A DNA stretch of 63,870 nt, the filler included, from Cercozoa sp. M6MM (Eukaryota; Protista; Endomyxa: Ascetosporea), in assembly GCA_040357565.1 (NCBI GenBank). It is 14 parts of 14 records of this genome, joined end to end, with 100 filler letters (N's around TTAATTAATTAA, not from the genome) between each part and the next. Parts side by side here need not be neighbours in the genome. Positions count along the whole stretch, not along the records: positions 7,633 to 21,344 come from JBDODJ010000349.1; positions 21,445 to 28,433 come from JBDODJ010000671.1; positions 28,534 to 33,347 come from JBDODJ010001044.1; 11 more parts are not named here. The stretch is one strand, 5' to 3'. Each line of letters begins with the position of its first letter. Positions within the stretch are counted from its first letter, which is position 1. Below, piece by piece: positions 16,426-28,740 of this stretch. Below the pieces are notes generated by a model. It searched no databases, was not told the origin of the DNA, and saw nothing but the letters and a program-made list of their open reading frames with translations. A program made the translations under genes and the position numbers.

Positions 16426-17286
16426 TCATAAGATTGCGCGTCTTGCACTGGCACACACCAACACTTTGACAAACTCGGTGTGCAAAGATCGGAAGAGACA
16501 CACCTGATTTGAGCACGCGAGTTTTGTCACTTTCGAGCACCATGCCGCCCATGATGATTTCGTCGAGTACCTAAGTACGTAAGGGTAGTAACGGAGAGGG
16601 AAGGGAGTAAAGAAGGCAACAGCAAGCGACCTGATGCACACGTTCGGGATGGAAGATCAGCTCGACCTCGGAGACGTTGCGGAAGACACCATCGAGCGAC
16701 TCGACGAACAACTGGATCATCTCGAGCATGCCCAACTAAGGCAAACACATCACACACTCACACACATACAGTAGAAAGGTAGAAAGACAGGGCACCTCAC
16801 TCTCGCAGGTGTCCACAGCAAACACAATGTAGATTGTCGCGTACTGCCGGAACACGAGGCGGCACGAGTCCTCTTCTTCCTGCTCATCAGTCTTGTGGGA
16901 TCAGAATGACACAAGTCTACACAGCACAGCTACACTCTCAATGCCGAACAAATCGCCCGGAAATGACACGCAGTTGCTGCATATAAGAGGGCTAGGGGGG
17001 GGGGGTAAAAGCGAAGCAAACGAGCAACGTACCTCGCACTGGACGGTCGCGTCGACACCAGCGAAAAGATGCGCTGCACCACTGAATCACGCTTCGGCAT
17101 CGGCACCTCCGTGTAGTACCTGTAAACACAGTCTTAAAGTCTCATTCCACGAGACTGGAGTCACTCACTTGGTCAGACGCGGCTGACCGCGATTGTTGAT
17201 GATGAAGGCTCCCTGCACAAATACAAGAATGGAAAACGCACAAATGCAATCAGAGCATAATACGAAGGCTAACACACGTAGATCAT
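16426..17286 (-). CDS. AP3S: AP-3 complex sigma subunit
   Basis: Spliced: MIYGAFIINNRGQPRLTKYY...FRQYATIYIVFAVDTCESELGMLEMIQLFVESLD...ELIFHPERV...EIIMGGMVLES. Confidence 0.9.
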
Positions 17287-17428
17287 GTCTAAACTTCTGT
17301 AGCACACGCCTGCACACCCGCACTGCGCGATACAGGCTTCGCATGAGTTCCTGGCTCCGCTGAGTCGGTGCAACAAGAAAGCAAAGTTTTTCGCGGTCAG
17401 GGCACTTTCCTACAGTCTGAGTGGCACG

Positions 17429-20400
17429 ATGGGCGAGCAGGCGTCGTGGTCACTTAGTGGCTCAGCCTTCTGGCTGCGATACCCGATATTAGCGTAAGGC
17501 ACTTGTCAAAAAATAAACTGATGGTGATGGGCTGAGTGACCACGTGCCAGATGTCACTGTTCGTGTGCGTTGTTTTTCAAAATGTTTGCTTGACTCTCAG
17601 CGTGCTGTCGGTCGTTCTGTGTGGCGAACTGATCGCCTACTTTTTCGTCCGTCTGCTCAGTAAGTGCAAATCTGCCCCAGATGACATTTTTTTAATAACT
17701 GATGTGTCTGTGCGCAGTCTACGCATGGGAGACCGTGGTAAAACCGTATCTCGGAGTGTCGTTTCTTTTACTGTTGACTAAAGTTTCGTGTGTCGCAACA
17801 CGCAGCGTTTCTACACGCGGCGTGACTTTTTCTTGCAGCGCCAACTGCTCCGCGCGGAACACTTTCGTGACTGGTCGGTTTGTGCCATTCGTTTGTGTTG
17901 TACCACTTCACTTGGACCTGATGTTGCTGTTGTTTGAATATTTAAAGGTGCGTCACGGCCAAACGACTGGATGAGTTCTGGCGACGCGATCGGTGGCGCG
18001 ACGATGACGACTCCGATCTGTGCGTGAACAGGCTTGTTCGTGTGTGTGTGTCTGCAGTGCCTGAGGGGTACTGGTCCGGGGAGGTACTGGTACTGGTACT
18101 ACCGTTGTGTGTGTGTGTCTGACAGGTACGACGCCGACTTGATTCGACAGACGCAGGTCAGACTGCGACGCGCACGCAGTTGCTGCAATCAGCAGACCTT
18201 GCGAGGTTGGCTTACCCCCTCCTTTTGCCCCTCTTAACCCCTACCCCCTTGATCCCCTACCCTTGATCCCCTACCCTTGATCCCCTACCCCCTTGATCCC
18301 CTACCCCTTGATCCCCTACCTCTTACTTAGACACGTTGCGTGCGTGCTTCCACAGCGTCGTGGCAGCCTCGGGAATTCACTGCGAGCGTCTGTACAAGGA
18401 GACCTTTTGGGTAGCTACCCCCTTGACTCCTTTCCTTTACCGTTGATCTCCTTTAACCTTGACCCCTTTGCCTCCCTGTACCCCCCCGTGTCCTCAGGGC
18501 ACGAAGCGGCTGCTGTGCGAGTTTGTGCAGGACGTGATCGATGCCTCCATCGTGCTGGGTCACTCGGCGCCGCCGACGGTGCAGCGAGTGATCGACGGTG
18601 CCACTAGCGGTTCCATTGACCTCAGTGGTCCAAGTGATGATCACAATGATCACACTGATGGTCACGGCGATGACGGTGCCGTTTTTCGGCACGCGCGCTC
18701 CTTCATGAGTCTGCTGAGTGACGATGACGGCGACAGCAGCGACTCGGAGCACGAGAACGTCCGAACGAAGCGGCGACGCAGTCTGCGCGACCTTGGCCAA
18801 GTTCTCGCGCGCGCCGAAAACGAAATCAAAGCCACCGAACGTTTTTTTCGCCGTGCTCGCCGGTTTTTCTGTCTCCTTTTACATTTTTTCATTTTTCCAA
18901 ACTGACTTTATTGCAGTGATTTCGGTCGCACGGCACTCGTGTTGAGTGGAGGCGCCACCTGTGCCTTCTACCATGTACCTGACACTCTTTTGACCTGTTT
19001 AAGTGTTCTAAATTACTCGATCGTTTTCTGCTAGTTTGGTGTCGTGCGTGCCCTGCTGCAAAACAGTTTGCTTCCGCGGGTATGGAGCTTTGATCCGAAT
19101 CGACTTTAGTTATTGATATGGAATGAATTCAGGTGATCTGCGGCACTTCTGGCGGCGCTCTAGTCTCTGCTATCATGTACCAGAGACACATTTGGTTTGT
19201 TTGTATCTCCAGCATGTCGGTTTGCTACAGCTGCAGTCGCACCGACCAAGAGCTGAAGGACGAGGTCTTGCGACCGGAGTTCCATCGCTTTCTGTACAAA
19301 ACGCAACTCTTTTGGTTTTGTACACAATGTATCGTCTATTTCAGACACTATTATCGCAGTAGAGCGACGTCTGAAAAATGGCACGTCAAACTGCGCCGTT
19401 TATTGACCAAGGGACATCTTTTCGATCAGGGTGAACTTTTTCTTTCGTTTTTGTTTTCTACGACAATAGTTGAGTTCGCGAATACAGAGGACTGGCTTCG
19501 GAAGGTCGAAGTTGCCTGCGGGGGTTCCTATACCTTTGAAGAAGCCCTCCACCGCTCAGGTGGCCGAGTGTAAGTTTATTTCGCATCGATTTTGCGATTG
19601 CAAACAACCTCGTTTGCAAACTGTAAAACAGACTGAACATTACTGTTGTGGCGTCGCGAGGCCGTGGTGGACACGCTGATCTCGTGTAAGACATTTCTAG
19701 ACACTCCACAAACCAATGTCAAAAAGATTCATTTATTGTTCAGACTGAACTATCGAAACGCGCCAAACGTTTTGATTTCGTCGGCTGTGATTGCGTCTTC
19801 TGCGCTGCCGCTGTGTTTGTCGAGCGTCCGTTTGTTGCAGAAGGTGTACCACCCCGATGGTAACGAGTTTTCTTTCTTTGTGCGTGTGAATACAACAAGT
19901 TGAGTGTTGCAGGCAGCTACACAGTGGAACCGTTCACTGACTTTGGGAGGGTCTTTTGCTTCTAATTGTCTGTGTCTAGTTTGATTTTTTTAAAGGTCTT
20001 CTGGTGATGAAAGCAGTGTTGGAGTGATGGCAGCATTCGAATCGACGTGCCGTTGCAGCATTTGGTAGCTTTTAATTTAAGTTGCTGTTCGTGTTTAAAG
20101 GGACCAATATTACAGAGGAATGCATTCAATGTGCGGCATGCCATTGTGTCTCAAACAAACCCTCACGGTACAACACAACCTCCCCTTCGTTACCGATGTT
20201 TTAATTTGTGTGCAAGTGCAGTCAACCTCTTCAACTTTGAGAGTCGAGGCGGTGCGGGAGACCCGACTTTGCACAAGGGCTTGTTGCGTTGGAGGGGAAC
20301 CGGTCACCGAGGCGGCTTTGTGTTGGTAAAGACTTGAAGACAGAACTCGTCTTGTAAGTCTCAAGGTGCTGTGTGTTTTGAGCAGGCAGCGTGCGAACGT

Positions 20401-21072
20401 GCGCTTAAATTGGCCATGCTGGCGCAAGTGCAGCTCCTGGGCGAGTTCCGTTTGTTGCCGCCTTTGCTGGGTACTGCTGCGTGCTTTCTCCCGTGTGCTT
20501 TCCATTTGCGTTATGCGAACTTCCAGGTGAGGACTGGTCGACCACTGCACTGCAGGAAACTGGTACCAAAAAACACTAAAGAACTTCTGTGTCTGTGTGT
20601 GAACTGTGGGCTTTATTTGATTCAGGCGGCAACGTGACGGTGTGGGCGAAACCGCGCGTACTGGACGTATTGAGACTCATCCAGGACCCTCGGTACCTTG
20701 TCTTTCATCTTTTAATTCTGCTAAACACTTTGAATGTGTCAATGTAGCGAAAGCGACATGCGCAGGTACCTGCAGCGAGGTGCACGACGCACTTACCCGA
20801 AACTGCTGCGTATTTCGCATCGCTTCGACCTGGAGCAAGCGCTCGATGCCGCCTACACTGCCTGTACCTTTTCACTAGCTTTCACATTCCTTAGGATCGG
20901 CTATCTGTACTCTCCAGGGCGCAAAACGCGTTCCGAGTTCGAAAAGGCAGTGTCAAAACTTGGCCGCAACGGACGCCTGGACCAAGGCCGTCTGCGGCTG
21001 AACGAGATCGTTGCCGACAACACCGACGACATGAGCGAAAGCACCGACCGCACGCTCCTGCCGGATGTTTAA
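17429..21072 (+). CDS. Patatin-like triacylglycerol lipase (SDP1/TGL3-4 type)
   Basis: FGRTALVLSGGA, FGVVRALL, GTSGG (GxSxG), LNYRNAPNVLISSAVIASSALP, WSDGS, FNVRHAIVSQTNPH. Exact start uncertain. Confidence 0.9.
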
Positions 21073-21471
21073 TTGAGCCGCGGTATTTTAATTGTTGCGG
21101 CATAGCGTTTCTCTGTCAATCAAGTCTGTCATCTGACTACTCGTCAGCGCGGACGATCAAACTGAAATGTATGGTTAATGGTGGGCGAAGGATTTTGTTT
21201 TGCTAGGTAATTTAATTGTGTTCGTTAGCACTTCCTATACATCGTTGTCTTCGGTACCTTATTTACTGGCAACATTATTTAGCGTACAGTAGTAGGTTGT
21301 TACTGTCAACATCAAACAACCTACTCGGCTGACTACTTGCTCCGNNNNNNNNNNNNNNNNNNNNNNNNNNNNNNNNNNNNNNNNNNNNTTAATTAATTAA
21401 NNNNNNNNNNNNNNNNNNNNNNNNNNNNNNNNNNNNNNNNNNNNTTACTTTTACCCCCCCCCCCCCCGCAG

Positions 21472-22797
21472 GAGCTACGCGCACGTGCAGCAGCGCAGCG
21501 AGTTGTGGAACTTTTTTGCCGCGCTGTGCTTCTGTTTGGCCACGTCTCTGCGCAGCAATGGTACTTTATCCCCCTCCCTCCCTCCTACCCTACCTTTCCC
21601 TTCTTACCTCCCTTGCCTCCTTGTGTGAAGGCTTCCTGCTGGCGGGTTTTTTTGTGTTCTCGCTGATCAGACCGTCGGTACTCCTTCCCCTTGCCCTACC
21701 TCTTACCCCTCTTACCCTACCTCTTACCTCTAACCTCTTACCCCGACCTCTTACCCCTACCCTATCCCTATCCCTACAAGGCCGTACCTTAGCTCTCTCT
21801 GTCTCCTACCCTTACCCCCCCCCCGCAAGCAGAAGCAACTGGCATGGTGGCAGCACGCGCTGCGACTGTTGTCGACAACACTGCGCGTGCTGATCGTTGC
21901 GCTGCCGTAGCCTGTCCTTGTGTCCGGCTCCGTCCATTTGTACTGGTCCACTTGACCCGTCTACTGTACACAGACTGGTGCTGGTGAACTTCTACACGGC
22001 GTACCTGCACTGCGAGTGCGACGTGCTGCAGCCTCTGCTGGGAGGTGCCTCAGTCTTCACTCTTCCCGCTATCGGGGCCTACACCCTACCCTACCTGTAG
22101 GCAAGGGCGACTACAAAGTCTGCAGCGATGTGTACGACGCGTCGCATTATTGCGTCCAGACGCTGCCGTTTCCGAACGCGTACGGACACATCCAGCGCGC
22201 CTACTGGAACGTCGGGCTGCTGCGCTACTACACGCTGCAGCAGCTGCCGCAGTTCGCGCTGGCGACGCCGGTGCTGCTGTTGGCCGCCTTGGCTGTGCAC
22301 ACCTGGGTGCAGACTGACTGGTACATTGTCCTCCATCCTCCCTCGACCGATGCTGTCGAACGGATACTGACTGACTGACTGACTGGACTGGGTGGGCAAG
22401 TGACTGACTGACTGACCTGTGTAGGACACGTGCGCTCACGGTGACCTTCCGCGAGGCGAAGCGAAGCAGCGCACGTGCCTCCCCGTTTGAACAGACGCAC
22501 GTGGCTCCCTTCGTCTACCTGCTGGCTGTCATGCTGCTCATCTGTCTGACTGGTACTCCTGTAGAGATGGAAAAAGAGGAAGAGGGTTGGCACGCAGCCT
22601 TAATTAACAGTATGTTTGCTTGTACTGCAGTGCTGCACGTGCAAGTGAGCACGCGCTTCTTGTCCTTCTCGCCACCGCTGTACTGGCTCGTGGCTACGCG
22701 ACGCAGCGCACGGCTCTCCAAGGCCTTCCGACTCTGGGCCGCCGTCTACACCTGCGTCGGCAGCGTGCTCTTCGCGTCCTTCCACAACTGGACGTAG
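21472..22797 (+). CDS. PIGV: GPI mannosyltransferase II, 5' partial
   Basis: LRSNG, YGHIQRAYWNVGLLRYYTLQQLPQFALA, HVQVSTRFLSFSPPLYW and terminal FHNWT*. Confidence 0.9.
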
Positions 22798-23060
22798 CCC
22801 AACAGTTTGATACCAAATGATGCGATAGAAATAATACTATTCAGTCGTCTGCTGAAACCGTCCCGCCCAGTTGTTGGTTCGTTTCTGAAGCCAACAACCC
22901 GTTTTTCTTTGACACGTAGTGCCATAACACGATCCATCAGCATCTGCACCGGTGTGCTACTACTCTAAGTAGTGTAAACGAGAAGAGGTATCTCGCTGGG
23001 GCTCTACCATGGTTGCTCTGTCCGTTTTTCCATTGGCACAATTGTATCAGCGCAGTGCCA

Positions 23061-24137
23061 ATGGACGAAAACCGGGCACGGTCGCTCCTGGTGAGCGTCT
23101 ACGAAAGACACAACCCTGAGAAGCTGAAGTATGGTAAGGCTGCGGTCCCACCCCGGAGGATGTGTTTGCATCCGGAGCTGTTCAGTTCACTCGATTCTGG
23201 AGCACTACAACACGGACCGTGCACGGCTCCAGCTTTTTCGGGAACTCAAGTACTAATGTCTCTCACTTTGTTGTCAGAAAGCTTCCTTGGATTTGTCTCT
23301 GCTTTTTGCAGGAGAAAGTACCCGGCCTACGCAGAAGAAGCTGCCGAAAAACGTGAGTACTATCGCGCGAAATTGGAGCGTTTCTATCGTTCCCACAGGG
23401 TGCGTTGATTTTCTCCAGCGAAAAAGGATTCTTAAGCACACACGTTTTGAACGTGCAGCCGGCGAAATTGCCGTTGGTCGACCGGATTCTCGATGTGTTC
23501 GAAGGCGACGAGGAGGCGCTGTTGAACCGACTGGCAGGCAAGTACCCGGCCTACCGGGCCATGCAGGTGGAACAAGAGCGGTTGAGACGCCTGGTACACT
23601 GCTTTTAAAGCCTTCCTCTCGTTTGTTCGTTGAGTTTTCATCAACAGAAAAATGTCGAGGAGATGTCATCGACACCTTTGCCAAGCGAGCAGCAGGAGGT
23701 CGACCTGGCCGTCAGTATGAATTCCATTCTCCTTCGACGCGAGTTCGAGCCGGTCGGCATGTCGATTCCCGCACTGTGCCGATGGTACTCCATGCTTATT
23801 TTCTATCGTTAGCCCTACCCTTCGCACCCTCTATACTTGTAACATAGTGCCAAGTCCGAATGGGAAGAAATCGGAAGTGATGGTGACGGTATTCTTCCTT
23901 GATTTGCCAGGAAGAGCGTGAGTGAAAAAGGCCAGGGAACGAAAGAAGCACTGTGTGGTAGTTACGACAGTAGCGACCATTCTCAGCACTGCCATCGTTT
24001 CGGTTCCGCAGGCCACTCGCGATGGTGCCTTCAGTCCCTTTCATTCCACTGTGTTGTCCCATCGGTGTCTGCCTCGGTGTTCAGAGAAAACGGTGCGACG
24101 ACTGGTTCGCAGCGTCATGCGCGATCTGTCGCTCTAG
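23061..24137 (+). CDS. Hypothetical protein with two Y-x-x-H-x-P-x-K-L...KY repeats
   Basis: Spliced: VYERHNPEKLKYVHSILEHY...LFRELKRKY and FYRSHRPAKLPLVDRILDVFEGDEEALLNRLAGKY. 3' exons less certain. Confidence 0.7.
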
Positions 24138-24214
24138 CCGAGCCCTACTGTACCGTAAGCGGGCGATTTGAGCCGCTGCGCTGCAACTGTTTCTATCGTA
24201 TTGGTTAACTAGAC

Positions 24215-24787
24215 AACATAGTCGAAGACATCACCAAAGCCATGCAGGAAGCCATAGAAGAGGCAACACCTATCAAAATAATCACCCAACACTCATGCCT
24301 AGGCGTATCAGTCGCCTCGATAAAGATCAAGAGGCACGCATACTGTACAGCACCATGAAACTAATTAAGGAACTGGAAAACAAAAATGAACGAAGATGCA
24401 TCTGGACTCCCTCAATTGTTGACGCTCTGGTAGCGTAATTTGTTTCTCTGTCGTTGATGTTTCTCAGTAGTCGAGTGATCTCCCCGATTGTTGTGTGTGC
24501 GTTCAGTCTGGCCACTCTCTCCTGCCATATAGTGCTTGCCTATCAATGCGAGCTTTGTCTGAGCTGTTTTCTCGTGTTTTTGAGGAGTGCTTCGTGCCCG
24601 AGAAGACAAAGCCATCGCAGAGATCTTCGCTGAACAACTAATTTACAAAGAAAACCACACTCGACTGGCCCCAATGCGCAATGAACAACGACTGGAAGTA
24701 CTCGGAGAGAACAGATTCGCACAACAACACCGAGAGGTGTTACAACCAGGCACCACAACTGCAACAATGAACTGGAAGCTGCAATCA
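24215..24787 (+). mobile_element. Degenerate LINE fragment with an internal 186-bp inversion
   Basis: Aligns by eye to ~45905-46480 with indels; 24409-24594 is the diverged reverse complement of 46089-46274. Confidence 0.93.
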
Positions 24788-25342
24788 TGTTATTGCGGCT
24801 CGATGGCCCAATCAGTAAAGGAAAAGAGACTAAATAAATCATTCAGTTAGATAAGTCGTCACTCAGTTGAGTCAACGTTAGAACTGAAGGTGAAATACCC
24901 CTACTGGGTCTCGAAGTGATCCCACTGGATCTCGACCGAAGGAAGACGTCCTTGGTCGTGGCAATGCGTGTATCAAAGAAAATCTCCGGAAACCAGCCAA
25001 TGAGCTAACTGACCAGGCTGAAGCCGTGACGGAGCTTTCTGCTTCTCTGCAAGGACTCTGTCCAGGCAAGATCTACAGCAAAAGCAATCCACTGAGTCAG
25101 GTTTTGTGGACCAGCGCTGGGATGTCCCCCCAGCAAAAACTCCCACACTGCTCCGTAAAACGAACCTAAAGGTCCCACGACACTGTGAATTAGATTTAAA
25201 CTCCCGAAAATGCTACTTAAACGGCGATTAGACGCCATTAGACTGACGGTCGGCATGCTTTATTTTTATGGGTGCAAAAACTGTCCCGTCTGCTAGTGTG
25301 ACGCACGCGAGCAGAGTTAATTTTGTTGTGTCATACGGCGGG

Positions 25343-27350
25343 ATGTTACGGACGAATGCGAGAGTCGGCGTTTGGGCAGCGCGCCGCTTTGCGGCAGCCT
25401 CAATCGAGGCGAACGAAACGATCGGTGTGGTCATGCTAAACATGGGCGGCCCTGTGGATCCGCGCGAGACCCATGCATTTCTCACTGAACTGTTTAATGA
25501 CGGCGACATTATTGGCTCACCGCTCTTTCGCCAGGTAGGTGTAGTTTGAGCCAGTTGTCCTTTGTTCTGGGATGTTGATGTTTGGCAGGTTTCACCGTTC
25601 GTGGTGAATCTCCGCGCGCCGAAAGTTGTACCTAGTCTAAGCTTCTTTGTGCTCCCTTGATCGAATTGGTCCAATTGTCCATGCACAGGAGAAGCAGTAC
25701 GAAGCGATCGGTGGCTCCCCTATCTACAAGTGGACCCGCAAGCAGGGCGACGGTATGGTCAAAGCCCTGGAACGCCGCGTGCCACAGCTGCGCTTCAAGC
25801 ATTACACAGCGTTCCGATACGTGGCGCCACGTGCTGCTGATGCTTTAGCTGTACCCAGTCAGCTATTGTTTCTTTCTCCCTCCCGTTTACCCTCTGACCC
25901 TCCAGGAGATGAAGAAGGACGGAGTGCGCCGTGTCGTCGTGTTTCCGCAGTACGCGCACTTTTCGTGCACGACATCGGGCTCGTCACTCAACGAGCTCTT
26001 CTCGCTGCCGGATATTCAGGGTACACTCTCGTAACCTGTGAAGCTGTCTCCCCTTATTCCTTGCCTTGTTGTTGTTCTTCGCAGACATGGAGTGCTCCCT
26101 CATTGATCGCTGGCACCTGCATGAGGTGTGCATCCTCTTTGCTCTGCTGACCGATATTGATCCGATCTCTTTGACTTCTTTCCATCGTGGCTTCAGGGCT
26201 TTTTGACGGCAGTGGCCCAGCGTATCATTGACTCCTACGAGCACGAGCGCGACGAGGATCCTCTCGTACTGTTCTCGGCACACTCCGTGCCAATGCAGAC
26301 CGTCTCGAAAGGTGTGTCTCTGTCTGTGTTTTGTCGCTTTGCCTTCTTGCGGCTTGGACCTTCGCTTTCATTATCACTTATCTTGTCTTCAGGTGACGCC
26401 TACGTTGGTGAGATCGCCGCCTCTGTCGAAGGCGTCATGCAGCTTGTCAACCAGCACCTGGTATACACACTCCACATTTGTCATACACATCCTACCGATT
26501 TACTCACGCTTACCTCAGGAAAAACAAGGCAAGCCGCACTTGCGACATCTCTTGTCGTGGCAGAGCAAGGTGAGCTTTACCTCTTTACCACAGTGAGCCT
26601 TGTTTGTTCACTTCCGCTTTTGATGTGGTCATGGTAGGTCGGTTTCATGCCGTGGATGGCGCCGTCCACTGAGACAGTTATCGAACAGGTAATGAGCTCC
26701 ACATACACGACACACACGTGCGTGCACACCTCGTGTACCGCCTGTATTTAGCTGGGCGCACAAGGCGAGAAGAAGGTGATCGCTGTGCCGATCGCGTTTA
26801 CCTCGGACCACATCGAGTGCGCTTTCCTCCGTTCGCTTGTTGAGGCACGTTACTTCCCAACTGACTGGACAGGACTCTGTACGAAATCGACATTGAGTAT
26901 CGTGAGCACGCTGAGAAGCACGGCGTGCAACTGGCGCGCACTGAAGCACTCAATGACTCACCCGTGTTTGCGTACGCTCTTTTATCGCAGACTCATTCTG
27001 TCCCGAGCCCTGTTCTTCTGCACAGTGAGGCGTTGGCGGACATTGTGGTACAACACCTCAAGGAGCAGCGACCCTGCTCTGCCAAGTATCGTCTGCGGTG
27101 TCCCGGCTGCCACCGACCGTCGCCACAGGAGGACTTGAATGGTACCCAAATGCAGATCAGATATGGGAAATGGTTAGAACAGTTTTGCAATTTGGTAGAG
27201 TGCTGTCGTCGCTTGCCTAACGAAGCTGAAAACTGGCCTGACGTGTCCTCTGGTACGTGTTTCACTTACTAAACGATCGCTAAACGTGCTTGAAATGTTT
27301 TCATTTACTCTGTGTTTGTAGTGGAGCCTGTCAAATTTGAGTTGCAGTAA
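25343..27350 (+). CDS. FECH: Ferrochelatase with a probable mitochondrial presequence
   Basis: GVVMLNMGGP, QYEAIGGSPI, AFRYVAP, FPQY, LFSAHSVP, WQSKVG, PIAFTSDHIETLYEID and a C-terminal CPGC...C motif of the [2Fe-2S] type; Arg/Ala-rich N-terminus. Confidence 0.95.
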
Positions 27351-27400
27351 CACGGCGCGGCCTATCTTACGAACGCATTAAACTGAAGTCAAACTTGAAA

Positions 27401-27751
27401 GTTAGTTCGTTAAGTCTTCTAGGAAACCAGTTATGTAGTTCCCTTGCACCAGTCCGGGGTGGGGTCGCAAGAGCATAGCCGTGTCTACCACTTGCTTAGG
27501 GTAGGCCATTTAACTCCCCTTTTTCCCCAGACACTCGACTCATGGTTGGTGCGTACTCAGTGTTAGTTAGTTAGTTGAGTATTCTAGGAAACCAACTCTG
27601 TAGTTCCCCTGCACCAGTCTGGGGTGGGTCACAAGGCATGGCCGTGTCTACCGCCCGCTTAGGGTAGGACCATAAATTACAACTCCCCTTTTGACGTTCC
27701 CCAGACACCGAAGTCGACTTCATGGTTGGTGCGGTACGGTACTCAGTGTTA
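27401..27751 (-). mobile_element. Tandem dimer of a ~160-190 bp SINE-like / LINE-3'-end-like repeat with an (AACT)n tail
   Basis: Two diverged head-to-tail copies (27401-27561 and 27562-27751); partial copies at ~38067-38134 and, inverted, ~57943-58035. Confidence 0.65.
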
Positions 27752-27856
27752 ATTTGGTAGTCAGGATGTGTGTAGGCATCGGTGCGAGTATTCATTGCGT
27801 AGCTAGCACTGAGAGTAACACGACTGAAGCGAGCTCGAGCGGAGCGGAGAATTGAA

Positions 27857-28322
27857 TCAAAGACTCAAACTGTCGCTTGTGCCATTAGAATTGCCGGCCT
27901 CGCCGCTGTCGTTATGCGCGTTTTCAGACTGTTCGACTCGCTTCTCCTGATGCTGCTGTCGCCGAAAAAGCTCGCACGCTTCGTCGAATTTACTCATGCA
28001 GGATTGCACCTAACAAGAGCGGAGGAATCCCAACAGCAGGGGGGGGGGGGGGGGCAGATGAGAGGTACATCTTGGTGTGAAGGCAGTCCAAGCGAGCGCG
28101 CCAGTGAACGCAATCGCTCGATGCCAAATGTTTTGCAAATGACGAAACTCTCCTGTGTCAAATGTTGTAACAAATAGGAGACAGACAGTACACACGCACA
28201 CTCCCAACAATACGGAATGTCTGTACCTCGCCGTAGTGCACGGCAGGATTGAACTGTGACGGCATGGTTCGCTCGCCAATCGTTAGCGATCGCGCACGAC
28301 GTGCCTTGATCTTTGGGCTGCC
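27857..28322 (-). CDS. C-terminal three exons of a hypothetical protein
   Basis: Frame-consistent GT-AG splicing ending ...NSNGTSDSLSL*. Confidence 0.6.
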
Positions 28323-28356
28323 TGCAGGAAGGTTCACAAACCAAGACCAAAGCTTC

Positions 28357-28426
<70 letters not shown>

Positions 28427-28740
28427 CACACACNNNNNNNNNNNNNNNNNNNNNNNNNNNNNNNNNNNNNNNNNNNNTTAATTAATTAANNNNNNNNNNN
28501 NNNNNNNNNNNNNNNNNNNNNNNNNNNNNNNNNCCCCCCTACATCGGGCGGATTACTGTACCCAGGGCTTGCATCCGACAGTTCGTTCTTCCACACGATT
28601 TCGTGTCGATATCGACGGTCCTTGTGCGGTGATGCTTTGAGTTTCGCTCGGTTTAAGGCTTAGCTATAGACCATTGCGTCAGTTGGAATGAATAAAACTA
28701 CAGCTGAACGTGAACGCGGCACCGGCGCGGCGGGTCCTTT

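Noticed and set aside
27660-27700. Sm-site-like TAATTTATGG on the minus strand of the dispersed repeat, as a possible snRNA
   Set aside because: Absent from the adjacent copy, and no U1/U2/U4/U5 hallmark motifs are present.
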